IMG/VR virus record: IMGVR_UViG_3300028048_000089 | Span: 32,001 to 96,000 of that record | Direction: 5' to 3' (one strand) | From: a virus | Taxonomy: Duplodnaviria > Caudoviricetes | DNA: 64,000 nucleotides | In this document: positions 32,300 to 42,742 of the stretch, piece by piece | How the letters are laid out: each line of letters begins with the position of its first letter | Numbering within the stretch: the first letter of the stretch is position 1 | Translations under genes and position numbers: made by a program | The notes under the pieces: model-generated | The model's database searches: none | Told to the model about the DNA's origin: nothing | Seen by the model: only the letters and a program-made list of their open reading frames with translations

Positions 32300-32966
32300 C
32301 TACTGAAGTGTCTAACCCTACCTTTCCATTAAGTTCATTACCTTTATTTAAGATATACAATGTATCTTTCATAGGTAACTCTCTTACAAATTTTTCTTTA
32401 GCAACATCATTAAGTTGTTTATTATCAACTTTACCAATTAATGACATTACTGTAAACATAAACTCATAATTTGTATTAAGTTTAGTTTTCTTTTTCATAT
32501 CCTTTGCTTTTGATTTAACAGCATCAATCATTCTAGGTGTTTGTAAACTTAACTTAATAACTTTCTTTGTTTCAGGAAGAGTAATTTCTAAGTCAAGACC
32601 TTTTTCTTCATCAAATTCTTGAACTGTTTCTGTATCAAGATTGACAGAAGAACTAACAACTTCACCACAGTTAGGACATTGAATGACCATTTTGTATTCT
32701 GGTCCATAAGTAACAACTCTTAACTTGTGTAATAAGAATTGATAATCACCTAAACACATATCATAAGAAGAAATTGGTAAATCTTCTATAATACATGCAT
32801 CAATGATTTCAGCCATTGTTTCATGCTCTAATTCATTATATGCCAACCTTTTCATTTCTTCTTCAGTTGTCATACTTCTTAGAGTAACTACAGGGTTAAA
32901 TTTTTCTGCATAGAGTAACCCTTTTGATGGGAGTGTAAACTTTTCTTGAATTGTGATTGAACCCAT
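32217..32966 (-). CDS. T4 gp26-like baseplate hub / tail assembly chaperone
   Basis: TLPSKG...RSMTTEEE...D.QFLL..LRVVTYG, CPNCG x2, terminal PEFF. Confidence 0.8.
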   Translation of the reverse strand: MGSITIQEKFTLPSKGLLYAEKFNPVVTLRSMTTEEEMKRLAYNELEHETMAEIIDACIIEDLPISSYDMCLGDYQFLLHKLRVVTYGPEYKMVIQCPNCGEVVSSSVNLDTETVQEFDEEKGLDLEITLPETKKVIKLSLQTPRMIDAVKSKAKDMKKKTKLNTNYEFMFTVMSLIGKVDNKQLNDVAKEKFVRELPMKDTLYILNKGNELNGKVGLDTSVVAKCPNCGYEVVTNFRLQPEFFGPEIN

Positions 32967-32968
32967 AA

Positions 32969-33460
32969 TTAGTCTTCCTCCACATCATTTAATTTAGCAG
33001 CATCTCTATATCTCTGTGCTAGTATTAATCTCACCATAGCAGATATAGAAATTGATAAATATTCTGCTTCTGCCTCTAGTTGTTTTCTTAAATTGTCAGG
33101 GAGTTGAAATCCAATAATTTTTAAATCTTTTTGTTGTTTATATTCATCTGGTAATGATTGTCTATCCCCCTCACCACCTTGCTTCACATTATATCCAATT
33201 GAACTATCCCTGGCATGTAATGTTTCAATCCAATACTTTTCTCTTGCCTTTAAAATATCATTAGTTGAACACCACTCTAAGATTTCACGCCTAAAATTAG
33301 ATGTTCCAAATTCTCTTAAAGCGACCTTAATTTTTGAACCGCTTCCCCAATAATTCTCATCAACAAAAGAACCTTTTTTCTTTCCTACATAAATCTTTCC
33401 ATTAACTAGATTTGTGATTTTGTAAATATAACCAAATTTTGTATTAACAATATCATCCAT
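32969..33460 (-). CDS. free-standing GIY-YIG (Seg-like) endonuclease with C-terminal ribbon-helix-helix-like segment
   Basis: GYIYKITNLVNGKIYVG, YWGSG, REKYWI, GYN; C-terminus IIGFQLPDNLRKQLEAEA...SISAMVRLIL. Confidence 0.85.
   Translation of the reverse strand: MDDIVNTKFGYIYKITNLVNGKIYVGKKKGSFVDENYWGSGSKIKVALREFGTSNFRREILEWCSTNDILKAREKYWIETLHARDSSIGYNVKQGGEGDRQSLPDEYKQQKDLKIIGFQLPDNLRKQLEAEAEYLSISISAMVRLILAQRYRDAAKLNDVEED
32991..32999 (-). promoter_or_regulatory. putative late promoter motif (inside the 3' end of the GIY-YIG gene)
   Basis: TGCTAAATTAAATGA ~25 nt upstream of the gp26-like ATG. Confidence 0.65.
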
Positions 33461-33481
33461 ATTATATATTTCCTTTCATTA

Positions 33482-33490
33482 AATTTAGCA
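33482..33490 (-). promoter_or_regulatory. putative late promoter motif
   Basis: TGCTAAATTTAATGA. Confidence 0.65.
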
Positions 33491-33566
33491 TTACAAAAAT
33501 TTAAAAATAAGCACATAAAAAATTATATTTTTAAAAATATATTTTACATCTTTTTAATACAAAAAC

Positions 33567-33596
33567 AAAAAAGAAGTCAGCTAAGACTTCTTTTTT
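33567..33596 (-). terminator. intrinsic terminator after the tail tube gene
   Basis: AAAAAAGAAGTC-loop-GACTTCTTTTTT. Confidence 0.8.
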
Positions 33597-33623
33597 CTTT
33601 AAGAGTAATAATTACTTAATCAA

Positions 33624-34214
33624 TTATTCTGCTTCATCAGGAAGCATAGGAATTGCTTTATCATAAATGATAGTAGCAGTAACTGTTTTCTTATCATTGG
33701 TTTCATTGCTGAATGGGTCTTCACTAAGGCCACTAATCCAACAACCAATTAATCTCCACTTTCTAATAACGTCATCATAGTCAGGAGAGTATTCATATAA
33801 ATAACAATCATGTTTATAGTTATTCATTCTATGAACTTTTTCAGTTCTAACATCATAAGCTTGTGCTTGCCAAGCCAATAAAACTGATTTTGTTCTAGCA
33901 CCCATAAAGTCATTTAAGACTAATTGATGATTATCAAAGGTTGGAACACCAGCAACATGCATAGTGTTGTTGCCTCTCTTAACATCAATGACACCAAGAG
34001 TGAAATGTGGAACTGAAGAACTAACAACAGAAACTCTTAATGTTTCTTGACCATTTGTGATGTAATTGCTTTCTTCTGTTAAGCCACTTTCTTTAACGCC
34101 CGCTCTTAAAATTCTATCAATATCTGTAACAACAAATTCAAAGTTATTACTTCTTGCAGGTTCATAAAGTTGTGGATTATCAGCAAGATGATATGTACCC
34201 ATATTTTCTGGCAT
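33624..34214 (-). CDS. tail tube protein (gp19-like)
   Basis: EPARSNNF...AGVPTF...WRLIGCWIS...ATIIYD; follows the sheath gene. Confidence 0.85.
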   Translation of the reverse strand: MPENMGTYHLADNPQLYEPARSNNFEFVVTDIDRILRAGVKESGLTEESNYITNGQETLRVSVVSSSVPHFTLGVIDVKRGNNTMHVAGVPTFDNHQLVLNDFMGARTKSVLLAWQAQAYDVRTEKVHRMNNYKHDCYLYEYSPDYDDVIRKWRLIGCWISGLSEDPFSNETNDKKTVTATIIYDKAIPMLPDEAE

Positions 34215-34233
34215 ATTGTATCTCTCCTTTTAA

Positions 34234-35439
34234 CTATTCAGTAACTGAAATTTCATCAGTTAATTCAATTGTGATATCAAAGTCTTCAACAGCTTCAATT
34301 GGAATCAAAGAAATTTTAGCACAAAGTCTTGCTTTCTTATTAGTAGGAATTCTGCTAATCTTATAATCTAAAATACCATTACCTGTTGACATTCTATCTA
34401 ATGTTGGAAGAATGTAAGAGGTGAAGTTTGTCCAAAGAATTTCACTATTTTGTTCAAATGTATATTTATTTGCAGCATTGAAGGCCACTTTAGCAACTTC
34501 AGTAGAAAGAATTCTGCAATTTAAGAAGGAAGTCGCTTTTGTAACACCAGCACCAGATGTATCAGCTTCATTATCTCTCAATGTTCTATTACCCCAAATG
34601 AGATGACCAAATGGTCTTCTATAAGCAATTGGATTGATAGCCACACCAACATTATCGCCTGCATCATCTAAGGCAACTTCGGCATTTTTACTTCTTGCTT
34701 GGAGCATTTCAATATCAGAACTATTATATTCTTTAGCAACGGCAACTAATTCAGGAATAATACCTCTGAAAGAACCAGCAACAGCATACCACATTGGATT
34801 TTCTTTAACACTTCTTGCAAAGGCACATAAGTAACCAAATGATGCAGGAAGATTTTCAATTTTTTCAATAGCAGCATCGCTCATGCTATTAAGGTTACCT
34901 GTCCATGTTGGAGCAAAGGCAGCTGCAAATGTAGATGGTTCTTTTGTTGAGGTAAGGTTTAATGCTTTAGCACTTGTATTAATAGTTTCAATAGCAGTTC
35001 TATATTCACTAACAGCATTATTTTCAGTGGCAATATCAATTAAAGCAACAGCATCACATCTTGTAGCAGCGCATTTAATCATTTTAACACCGTCTTGAAT
35101 ACCTTGGAAAAATTGACCTGTAGTTAAGAATCTGACATTATATAAGTTTTTATCAGTTAAAATATCCCAATTAATAACTGCATCACTTGTTTCACTATCA
35201 GCAACCACACCTTCATATAAAACATGCATACCAAGAGTTAATAAATGATAAGCCATTTTAGCACTTAATCCTTCTGCATAAGTACCATCATCTACTGCTT
35301 TCTTAAAAAGTGAAGCATTTGTAAATAAAACAGGGGCAACTGCTTTATCAGCAGGACCTGGAATATAAACAACATTTGGAGTTTCAGTTGAACTCACTCT
35401 GCCAGTATTATCAATTTCTGTAATTCTAATTTTTGGCAT
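34234..35439 (-). CDS. tail sheath protein
   Basis: WYAVAGSFRG, INPI, IWGNRTL, FEQN, PIEAVEDF. Confidence 0.9.
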   Translation of the reverse strand: MPKIRITEIDNTGRVSSTETPNVVYIPGPADKAVAPVLFTNASLFKKAVDDGTYAEGLSAKMAYHLLTLGMHVLYEGVVADSETSDAVINWDILTDKNLYNVRFLTTGQFFQGIQDGVKMIKCAATRCDAVALIDIATENNAVSEYRTAIETINTSAKALNLTSTKEPSTFAAAFAPTWTGNLNSMSDAAIEKIENLPASFGYLCAFARSVKENPMWYAVAGSFRGIIPELVAVAKEYNSSDIEMLQARSKNAEVALDDAGDNVGVAINPIAYRRPFGHLIWGNRTLRDNEADTSGAGVTKATSFLNCRILSTEVAKVAFNAANKYTFEQNSEILWTNFTSYILPTLDRMSTGNGILDYKISRIPTNKKARLCAKISLIPIEAVEDFDITIELTDEISVTE

Positions 35440-35499
35440 TTTTCTTTCTCCTTAATTAAACTTGTATATATCTAATTGTTTAAATATAATTTATCATTA

Positions 35500-35508
35500 A
35501 ATTTAGCA
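35500..35508 (-). promoter_or_regulatory. putative late promoter motif
   Basis: TGCTAAATTTAATGA upstream of the sheath gene. Confidence 0.7.
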
Positions 35509-35515
35509 ATTAAAT

Positions 35516-36175
35516 TTATTTCTCTAATATATCATATGTCTCTAGCACTTCTGTAGGATTATTCTTCACTTCTACTTGAACACTAGAGATGACAAGATTA
35601 TCTTTTACTGGTGCACTGAACAGATAAGCATTGTCAATTGTGAGATGCATTGTATATCTTGTAAATTGTCCAGGAACTAATCTCTCTGGAATATCACTAT
35701 TGTCTTCAACATCTTCTTCAAGATACACTGTAGATTCATGTAGAATCTTACAATCATTGTATGGAATTTCAATAGTGACATTTGGATAGTTAACGAAGTT
35801 GAACACAAAATTTCTCATGTATTCATCTGCTTCAGCCATGTGAGCAGTATAGATATCAAGTTGATAATCTAACTTCATTGGAATGGCATTTAATTTAATC
35901 ATTGACTTCATTGGTACAAAGTTACCATCTTTATCATATGCTTTAATTTTCATGCCATCATAACTTAATGGTTGTTTATTCCTATTCAACACATTAATTC
36001 TTGTTTTTCTAGATAATGCTATAAGAGGTAATTGGATTGGCCTATCATTTGCCTCATCAGCTTTCATCTTGAATAGTCTTGTTGTTTCTTCTGGTTTTAA
36101 CACATGAATTTTATTGTCTTTAATCCAGTTTTGAAGTTTGTTAGCAAGTGCTTCATCATAGAATCTTACAGCCAT
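35516..36175 (-). CDS. tail terminator / sheath stabiliser (gp15-like)
   Basis: LPLIALSR...PMKLDYQLDIY; upstream of sheath. Confidence 0.65.
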   Translation of the reverse strand: MAVRFYDEALANKLQNWIKDNKIHVLKPEETTRLFKMKADEANDRPIQLPLIALSRKTRINVLNRNKQPLSYDGMKIKAYDKDGNFVPMKSMIKLNAIPMKLDYQLDIYTAHMAEADEYMRNFVFNFVNYPNVTIEIPYNDCKILHESTVYLEEDVEDNSDIPERLVPGQFTRYTMHLTIDNAYLFSAPVKDNLVISSVQVEVKNNPTEVLETYDILEK

Positions 36176-36565
36176 CTATCTACCTCCTTTCATAATGTAT
36201 AATTTGTATAATTCATTTATATGAGATTTAATATACTTAAATGCTCTATCTATAATATGTAAACCTTTAACTCTAAGATTACCATATTCAATTAATTTAA
36301 GAAGTGATATAATTTTCTCTTGACTTTTTTCATCATAAGTGTTATTATTAATACTTACTGTCCAGGTGTTATTATATTTATTGATTGAAAATGACATCTC
36401 TTTTAATATTGTCATAACATCAATCTTATACTTATCTTTAAGAAATTCATTTATTCTTGTTAGATTACTTTCACTTGCAAATGAATGTATTTTAACTATC
36501 AATGCTTTAATAACATAATCTTGAATAAACTTTTCACTAAATTGACCTTCTAGATATAATGTCAT
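36176..36565 (-). CDS. hypothetical neck/tail-completion protein
   Basis: LIEYGN motif; position. Confidence 0.45.
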   Translation of the reverse strand: MTLYLEGQFSEKFIQDYVIKALIVKIHSFASESNLTRINEFLKDKYKIDVMTILKEMSFSINKYNNTWTVSINNNTYDEKSQEKIISLLKLIEYGNLRVKGLHIIDRAFKYIKSHINELYKLYIMKGGR

Positions 36566-37488
36566 AGAACACCTAATTCTTTAATAACATCTGAAACAAT
36601 TTCAGAGATATCATCAGCACTTAAATCTTTATACTTTGAATTAATAGTATTCTTTAATGCTTTTTTAAAGTCAGTATAGGAATCACCAGATTGAGTTTCC
36701 TTTTTAGCAGATTTTTTACTATTTAAATCGGAATTAATTGAACCTGCAGCTAATAATTTTTGAAGAGTTGCTTCTGAATTAATTTTTCCATCTTGACCAT
36801 TTACATAGAAGATATTATTAAGAAAACTTGCCCAATCTTCATCAGATAATTGATTACCACCAATTTGACTCAACACTTTATCAGCAACTTGATTAATAGC
36901 ATTTGTCAAATCAAGATTTCTAATTTCTTGCCAATTCATTCTCTTTAAATTGTTAGGTTCTCTTAACCAATTCCAATATTCAACCATTTTGTCAACATTT
37001 TGAAATGTATATAATTCAGGGTTAAAAAGTATATTATTTAATTCATTTCTACCTTTACCCATTAAATCTTCTTTAGTAATTTCATCATTGGCATAAAGAT
37101 TATTTAAATCAATCATGTTATTTCTTGTAAGAGAAGCATTAGGATTTTTATTATAAAACGCAGGTAAGAAGTTTAAGAATGGATTAATAATTTCTTTAAG
37201 ACCTAACTCGGTACATAATTTAATTAATACATCTTTATATGGTTCAATGTTTTCCATACTAACATTTCCCCATTTATTATCTGTTGCCATTGATTGTCTT
37301 AAAAATATTTCAACTAAAGAATTTTCTTCTTCTGGTGTTGTTGCATATTTTTGTGCTTCAGATAACTTTGAAAAATTAATTTCACTATTGCCATCAGGAT
37401 TCTTTACAAGAAGAATCTCTTTCATTTTTTCATTTAACTTATTAAATAGTTCTTGAATTTCATTATCCATATTACTTCTCCTCATCAT
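36562..37488 (-). CDS. hypothetical protein
   Basis: 308-aa ORF in late operon. Confidence 0.6.
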   Translation of the reverse strand: MMRRSNMDNEIQELFNKLNEKMKEILLVKNPDGNSEINFSKLSEAQKYATTPEEENSLVEIFLRQSMATDNKWGNVSMENIEPYKDVLIKLCTELGLKEIINPFLNFLPAFYNKNPNASLTRNNMIDLNNLYANDEITKEDLMGKGRNELNNILFNPELYTFQNVDKMVEYWNWLREPNNLKRMNWQEIRNLDLTNAINQVADKVLSQIGGNQLSDEDWASFLNNIFYVNGQDGKINSEATLQKLLAAGSINSDLNSKKSAKKETQSGDSYTDFKKALKNTINSKYKDLSADDISEIVSDVIKELGVL

Positions 37489-37972
37489 TTAATAAATTAA
37501 AGTCATTTTGTACATGTGAGAATTGACTATCTTCAAAAGTACTTTCATACACAGGGGCAATTTTACAAGTAACATATGCAGGAGTTACTGCAATAGTACT
37601 CATATCTTCAACCATAAATAATCTTCCTTTTGCATCATCAAGACCACTAGGAACAATAAATAAAGCACCTCTTTGTAATCCTTTTAACTCATATGGTACT
37701 TGAATCAATGAAGCACTTTCATCAAGTTCAGCATTCCACCCCATTTTCTTCATAGTATATTGATTTGGATGTTCAACAAAAATACAACCAACTTGTTCAG
37801 GTGGATTGTAGAATGAATCCAATTCTCCATATCCATTATAGCGTTTACTACCTTGTTTTGGAGACCTATAGATAACATTAATACCTATAAGTTTGACCAT
37901 TTGTTCAAAATAGAATCTTTGAAGTTTTAGATTATTCTGATTTAGTAAAATGCCTGTATCTTTTTGTTCCAT
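37472..37972 (-). CDS. head closure / neck protein (gp14-like)
   Basis: EQMVKLIGINVIY...YGE...KKMGW pattern; position. Confidence 0.55.
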   Translation of the reverse strand: MEQKDTGILLNQNNLKLQRFYFEQMVKLIGINVIYRSPKQGSKRYNGYGELDSFYNPPEQVGCIFVEHPNQYTMKKMGWNAELDESASLIQVPYELKGLQRGALFIVPSGLDDAKGRLFMVEDMSTIAVTPAYVTCKIAPVYESTFEDSQFSHVQNDFNLLNDEEK

Positions 37973-39702
37973 TATTTAATTTTAACTTTACCTTTAACTT
38001 CTTTATCTTTTGCTTTGTAACCATATGATAAACTTTCACAAACTAAATTGCCATTATCATTTGTACAAACTAAATTAAATGTTCTTTTAGATTTACTGAA
38101 TGTTTCATTCATACCAACAAATCTACATCTGTTATTTTTAACACCTTTGTTATCTAAGACAAATGTAGTGTCTTTTGTGTTACCACTCTTGAATGTAATA
38201 ACACCTTCAACAATAAGTTTATTGTCTTCTAAATTACAAGATGTCATTGTATATTTATCAACATTATTATAAGTTGCTTCAAGATATTTATTAACTAATG
38301 TATTAAATGTATCTTCAGATAAACCATTGAGTTCTAAAGATTCTTTAGCCATGATTGAAGGTCTTTTGTTTTCTTCTTCATCAGTAACTTCATCTTCAAC
38401 TTTGTCTTCACCAACTTCATTGTTTGTGAGTTCATCTTCAACAGTAGCAGAAGAATTTTCAATTTCATCTTTACCAGTTGTTGGAGAAGGTTCTTCTTGA
38501 GGAATATCAAGAGTTGCAATTTGACCAACTAATTCAAAACCATCTTTAGAGCCACAATGCGGACAAGTTTCACCAACATTGTAAACATCTGAATCTTCAT
38601 CTTTTTCTAAGAGTTCAGGTTTCTTAAAGATAGGCGTTTTACAAACTGGACATCTTAACAATACATTACCGACATAAGAATCTTTTAATTCTTCAACTGT
38701 ATCTGCATCAACATCAACAACTTGTTCAATATGTTCATCATTGCCTTCTTCAATAAATTTCTTGCCTTCTTCAACTTCATCTTTATCTAATAAATCAACA
38801 ACAAGGCCTTCATTTAAATCTTCATTGAATTGTTCAATTGGATAATTCTTTCTTAAATCATTAATGCTACCTGCTTCAAGACCATTTTGTTTTAAGAATT
38901 CTTTAACATGTCTTAAAGTTGTTTGAGAAGAAGCCCAGCCTAAGTAACCTTTTCTTAATAGAGTTGCTTTACCATCTTTTGTAATTTTACAAACAGGAGT
39001 ACCATAAGAATAAAGAATCTTTGTACCATCTGGTCTTTCATCAACTTTTGCTTTACCATAGAATGATTTTCTTGAATCATATTCAGGAGCCATATCATGC
39101 ACAGGTTCTTCTTTAAGATTACAAGATTCTTCAACTCTACCATTTTCACTATCCCAAATCTTTGTAGGATTACCATTCACATAATGTAATAATTCCCAAT
39201 GTTTATCAGCCTTCTTTGATTCTAATGTTGCAATAAAATCATCAACATTATCAAGAGAAGAAAAGACTTGAGAATTTTTTGGATTAGCACCATCACTTAA
39301 AACATAATAATCTTCTTGAGATTCAGTAACAACCACATCTTCTTTTAATAAAGTCGCACCATTGATAAAATCTTTCTTGGAGACTTCAATTGTGTTACCA
39401 TCTTCACCTTTAAGAAGAATTGTATCACTATAACCAATCTTATGACCACCATCTTTATCAGTGACAATTTCAAATTTATTGCCATTATAATCAACATGGT
39501 CACCAGTTCTAGCATAATAATATGCTTGACCTTTGTCATACATATCTTTACCAGAAATATTAATTGTTTGAACAGATTCTTTAATTGTCTTCTTTTGAGA
39601 AGTCTTTCTTACTTTTTTAACTTCTTCTTTAACAACATCATCACTGATGTCATCTAATGCCTTAAAAGCATCAACAATAGTAATACCTTTTACTTCTTGC
39701 AT
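37972..39702 (-). CDS. acidic multi-module protein with L-x-E linkers and a zinc ribbon (putative processed head protein)
   Basis: IKES, LLKED, NLKEE, EDLNE linkers; CPVC...CPHC. Confidence 0.55.
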   Translation of the reverse strand: MQEVKGITIVDAFKALDDISDDVVKEEVKKVRKTSQKKTIKESVQTINISGKDMYDKGQAYYYARTGDHVDYNGNKFEIVTDKDGGHKIGYSDTILLKGEDGNTIEVSKKDFINGATLLKEDVVVTESQEDYYVLSDGANPKNSQVFSSLDNVDDFIATLESKKADKHWELLHYVNGNPTKIWDSENGRVEESCNLKEEPVHDMAPEYDSRKSFYGKAKVDERPDGTKILYSYGTPVCKITKDGKATLLRKGYLGWASSQTTLRHVKEFLKQNGLEAGSINDLRKNYPIEQFNEDLNEGLVVDLLDKDEVEEGKKFIEEGNDEHIEQVVDVDADTVEELKDSYVGNVLLRCPVCKTPIFKKPELLEKDEDSDVYNVGETCPHCGSKDGFELVGQIATLDIPQEEPSPTTGKDEIENSSATVEDELTNNEVGEDKVEDEVTDEEENKRPSIMAKESLELNGLSEDTFNTLVNKYLEATYNNVDKYTMTSCNLEDNKLIVEGVITFKSGNTKDTTFVLDNKGVKNNRCRFVGMNETFSKSKRTFNLVCTNDNGNLVCESLSYGYKAKDKEVKGKVKIK

Positions 39703-39711
39703 ATTACTCTC

Positions 39712-41913
39712 CTATTTAACTTTACTTACAGTATAAACATTTCTGTTATGATAAGAATCTTCTGGACTTGTTTCTTCTAATTGTTTCTTTTTATCCATAC
39801 ATTCTTTTCTAGAACCAACCATTATTCTATCAATTTTAATTGGTCTACCAGAATGAGTATCTAAAACTTTAACATGCAAAGAATAAACATCATCTGCACC
39901 TTCTTTTAAAGATTCATTTTTCTTTGTCTTATATGCAACTAAAGGATAATGACTCTTTTCATGTTCCTGTTTTTTATCTTTATATTCAATAAAAAGTAAT
40001 CCATTAGGAACCTCATAGTTATCTTCAACTATATCATAGTATTTAATGTTATTCTCTTTAGCATAGTCTTCTAGATATTTATATGCTTCTTCATATGTAT
40101 CAAATAAATCAATCTCATCACCATCTTCAGTTTCAATTGTTTTTGATTCTTCTAATGATTCTTCTACATCATCAAAGTCATCAATAATTCCTTTAACAAC
40201 AGGAAGACCAAATTTAGATTCACCAACATTTAAACCATTTTTATTTGTGATAACATATCTATCACCAGCATCAATAATGTTGTACCCTTTATATTTACAC
40301 ACAAAACCTTTGCCTCTTGATTCATCTAAAGATTCAGCTTTATCTTTTTTACCTAAACCCCAAGTATCAATGCCATCATAACCCCAAATAAGTTTATCAT
40401 CTTCACTTTCAATTTCACCACTTGGAGATACATAAACTTCAACTGAAGCAAAACCATCTCTATCAACTAATTTTCTAGCAGTTTCAATTGCTTCTTCTCT
40501 TGTAGCAAAATTGTCTGTGTAAATTTCAGAGATACCTTGGTCTCTTAAATCTTCATCTTCCCAATATTTAATATAAATTTCTTCAAAAGATTCTTTAATA
40601 GTATCTTCTTTACAACAATGCTTTTTATAATGATTTCTTGCTTCAGGTTTTAAATTTTGTTTAGAAGAATCTTCACCTAAACTAACACTAGAAGTTTCAG
40701 AAGCATCATCACTTCCCATTGTGTGATTGAAGAATTCAGCTTCTCTTGCAGGGTCACCACAAAATCTAACTTTTACTTTTTTATCTTTCTTTTCATCTAA
40801 ATCATCATTAAGAATCTTATAACCAGTTTCACCATTAGAAGCAGGACCCCAAGCAACACCAAGAGGAGTTAAACCAAATTCTTCTTTTAATTCTTGGAAA
40901 AACTTAGTAAATCTTTCAATTTGTTGTTCTCTAAAGTCATCTTCTAAATCATCAAGGTAATCTTCATGTTCAATATTAATATAGGCTGCTTCATAATATC
41001 CTGGTTCAATATCTAACATAACATCTTCAAGATTGAGGTTATATCCATATTGTTGTTCACCATCAACAACATCTGCATCCCAGGCCATTCTCTTTGTTTC
41101 TTCATTAAAGTCATAGAGTTTGTCTTTTAATCTTTCTTGTTCATCTTCATCTAAGATACACACCTTTTCTTCATCCCGATACTTTTGTTCAAAGGCATCT
41201 TTAGCATCTTCAAAAGCATCCCAATCTATTTCACCATCTTCATTTTCAAATTGTTCTTCTTGAGGATAATCTGGATTATGATGCATATTCCAATAAAATT
41301 CATCAATTGTATAGAAAACTAATAATGGGAAATGTTCTGGACCTCTACCGAAATTAGAAGTACCTTCATCAAGTTTCTTTTCTTCTTTTTCGCACTTGAT
41401 ATTAGTTTCAAAATATCTCCAATCACCATTTAAATCTCTCATATACCAATAAGTGATATCATCTCTTGGGTCAATAGCACCATTTTCAAAATCTTCTTTT
41501 GAGAAATCCCAAAGGTCACCATTATCATAAGCATCACCAAACTTACTCATGTATTCTTTAATATTATGATTGAATTCAACACAAGCACCATTCACTACAT
41601 CATTTGCAGATTCAATGAGATAATCTTTACCAACATGATTACAAATTTCATCTATGATTGCTTTATCATCAATGCCACTCATCATAGCATCAAAAATATC
41701 CCAATAACCTGTAACTTGCCACCAAGCAGAATCTGGCCACACTCTTTCAATTGCATCTTGATAGGCAATCTCAAAAGGTTTTATCTTCATCAATTCATTG
41801 TAATCATTAATGTTACCATCAAAATGTAAACATTTGGCATTTAATTTCTCTCTAGCAGCATTTAATTCATTTCTTAAATTATCTAGTTTACTCATTTTAA
41901 TCTCCTTAATCAA
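39712..41913 (-). CDS. acidic multi-module protein with ES-L-x-E linkers (putative processed head protein)
   Basis: KLDE, DLDE, ESFEE, ESLDE, ESLEE, ESLKE. Confidence 0.55.
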   Translation of the reverse strand: MIKEIKMSKLDNLRNELNAAREKLNAKCLHFDGNINDYNELMKIKPFEIAYQDAIERVWPDSAWWQVTGYWDIFDAMMSGIDDKAIIDEICNHVGKDYLIESANDVVNGACVEFNHNIKEYMSKFGDAYDNGDLWDFSKEDFENGAIDPRDDITYWYMRDLNGDWRYFETNIKCEKEEKKLDEGTSNFGRGPEHFPLLVFYTIDEFYWNMHHNPDYPQEEQFENEDGEIDWDAFEDAKDAFEQKYRDEEKVCILDEDEQERLKDKLYDFNEETKRMAWDADVVDGEQQYGYNLNLEDVMLDIEPGYYEAAYINIEHEDYLDDLEDDFREQQIERFTKFFQELKEEFGLTPLGVAWGPASNGETGYKILNDDLDEKKDKKVKVRFCGDPAREAEFFNHTMGSDDASETSSVSLGEDSSKQNLKPEARNHYKKHCCKEDTIKESFEEIYIKYWEDEDLRDQGISEIYTDNFATREEAIETARKLVDRDGFASVEVYVSPSGEIESEDDKLIWGYDGIDTWGLGKKDKAESLDESRGKGFVCKYKGYNIIDAGDRYVITNKNGLNVGESKFGLPVVKGIIDDFDDVEESLEESKTIETEDGDEIDLFDTYEEAYKYLEDYAKENNIKYYDIVEDNYEVPNGLLFIEYKDKKQEHEKSHYPLVAYKTKKNESLKEGADDVYSLHVKVLDTHSGRPIKIDRIMVGSRKECMDKKKQLEETSPEDSYHNRNVYTVSKVK

Positions 41914-42622
41914 CTGGATAGAATAAATTACTATTATTTCTTAATATTTCTCTTAAATTTTCTAATTCTCTATTACCTTCTTCAAGTAATGTATCACCAT
42001 CAATTGTGTATAAAGCATTACTTTGTTTTGCATAGGTTCTAATTCTACCTAATGCTCTCTTTGTTAATGCTAATGCATGTCTTTGAAGAATATCAATCCA
42101 ATAATCATTCTTAATGTCATCAACATCTTCAAACAAAGGCACATATTCAATTACAATAGTAGAAGGAACTCCACTAGAAATATTTATATACAATTTGTTC
42201 TCATGCTTGTCTTCTCTAAAAGCCAAGTCTGTAGATTGTGTATTTCTAAGTTGTAATAATGTATTATAAGTCATGTAGTTGGTTAAGTAGTTATTTAAGT
42301 TATACATTGAACCACCATTACTATATGCTAACCACACTTGAGCATACATAGGGTCAACACTACTAATACCACCATTACCAGGACCTTGGTCACCAATGGC
42401 TGCATCTCTATAGACATTAACAATTGCACTATGTTTAAAATCAGTTAAATCAATACAAGATGCAAAAGGAACTTGAACAAGTTTAGTTTCATCTATGTAT
42501 CTTTGAATCTCTCTAAGAGATTGCATAACTAACTTACCAATCATCTCATCAGTAATTTCTAATTCAAGAAGACCACCAGTTAACTCAAGTTTAATTGCTT
42601 CAATATAATCAGTTAATTGCAT
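41906..42622 (-). CDS. head-tail adaptor / neck protein (gp13-like)
   Basis: IKLELTGG..ELE...WI...HALALTKRALGRIR...DGDTLLEEG..E. Confidence 0.75.
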   Translation of the reverse strand: MQLTDYIEAIKLELTGGLLELEITDEMIGKLVMQSLREIQRYIDETKLVQVPFASCIDLTDFKHSAIVNVYRDAAIGDQGPGNGGISSVDPMYAQVWLAYSNGGSMYNLNNYLTNYMTYNTLLQLRNTQSTDLAFREDKHENKLYINISSGVPSTIVIEYVPLFEDVDDIKNDYWIDILQRHALALTKRALGRIRTYAKQSNALYTIDGDTLLEEGNRELENLREILRNNSNLFYPVD

Positions 42623-42660
42623 TTATATCATCTCCAAAAAGAATAGTATATCTATCATTA

Positions 42661-42669
42661 AATTTAGCA
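42661..42669 (-). promoter_or_regulatory. putative late promoter motif
   Basis: TGCTAAATTTAATGA. Confidence 0.7.
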
Positions 42670-42708
42670 ACTATATAAAATTGTATAATTTTAAGCACTA
42701 TTTACAAT

Positions 42709-42740
42709 AAAAAGCAACCAAATAAATTTAGTTGCTTTAA
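42709..42740 (-). terminator. intrinsic terminator after the tRNA
   Basis: AAAGCAAC...GTTGCTTTTT. Confidence 0.7.
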
Positions 42741-42742
42741 GT

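Noticed and set aside
12033-39539. Nested out-of-frame minus-strand ORFs (12033, 28470, 38334, 38955, 39345)
   Set aside because: Fully inside longer genes; alternative-frame artefacts of codon bias
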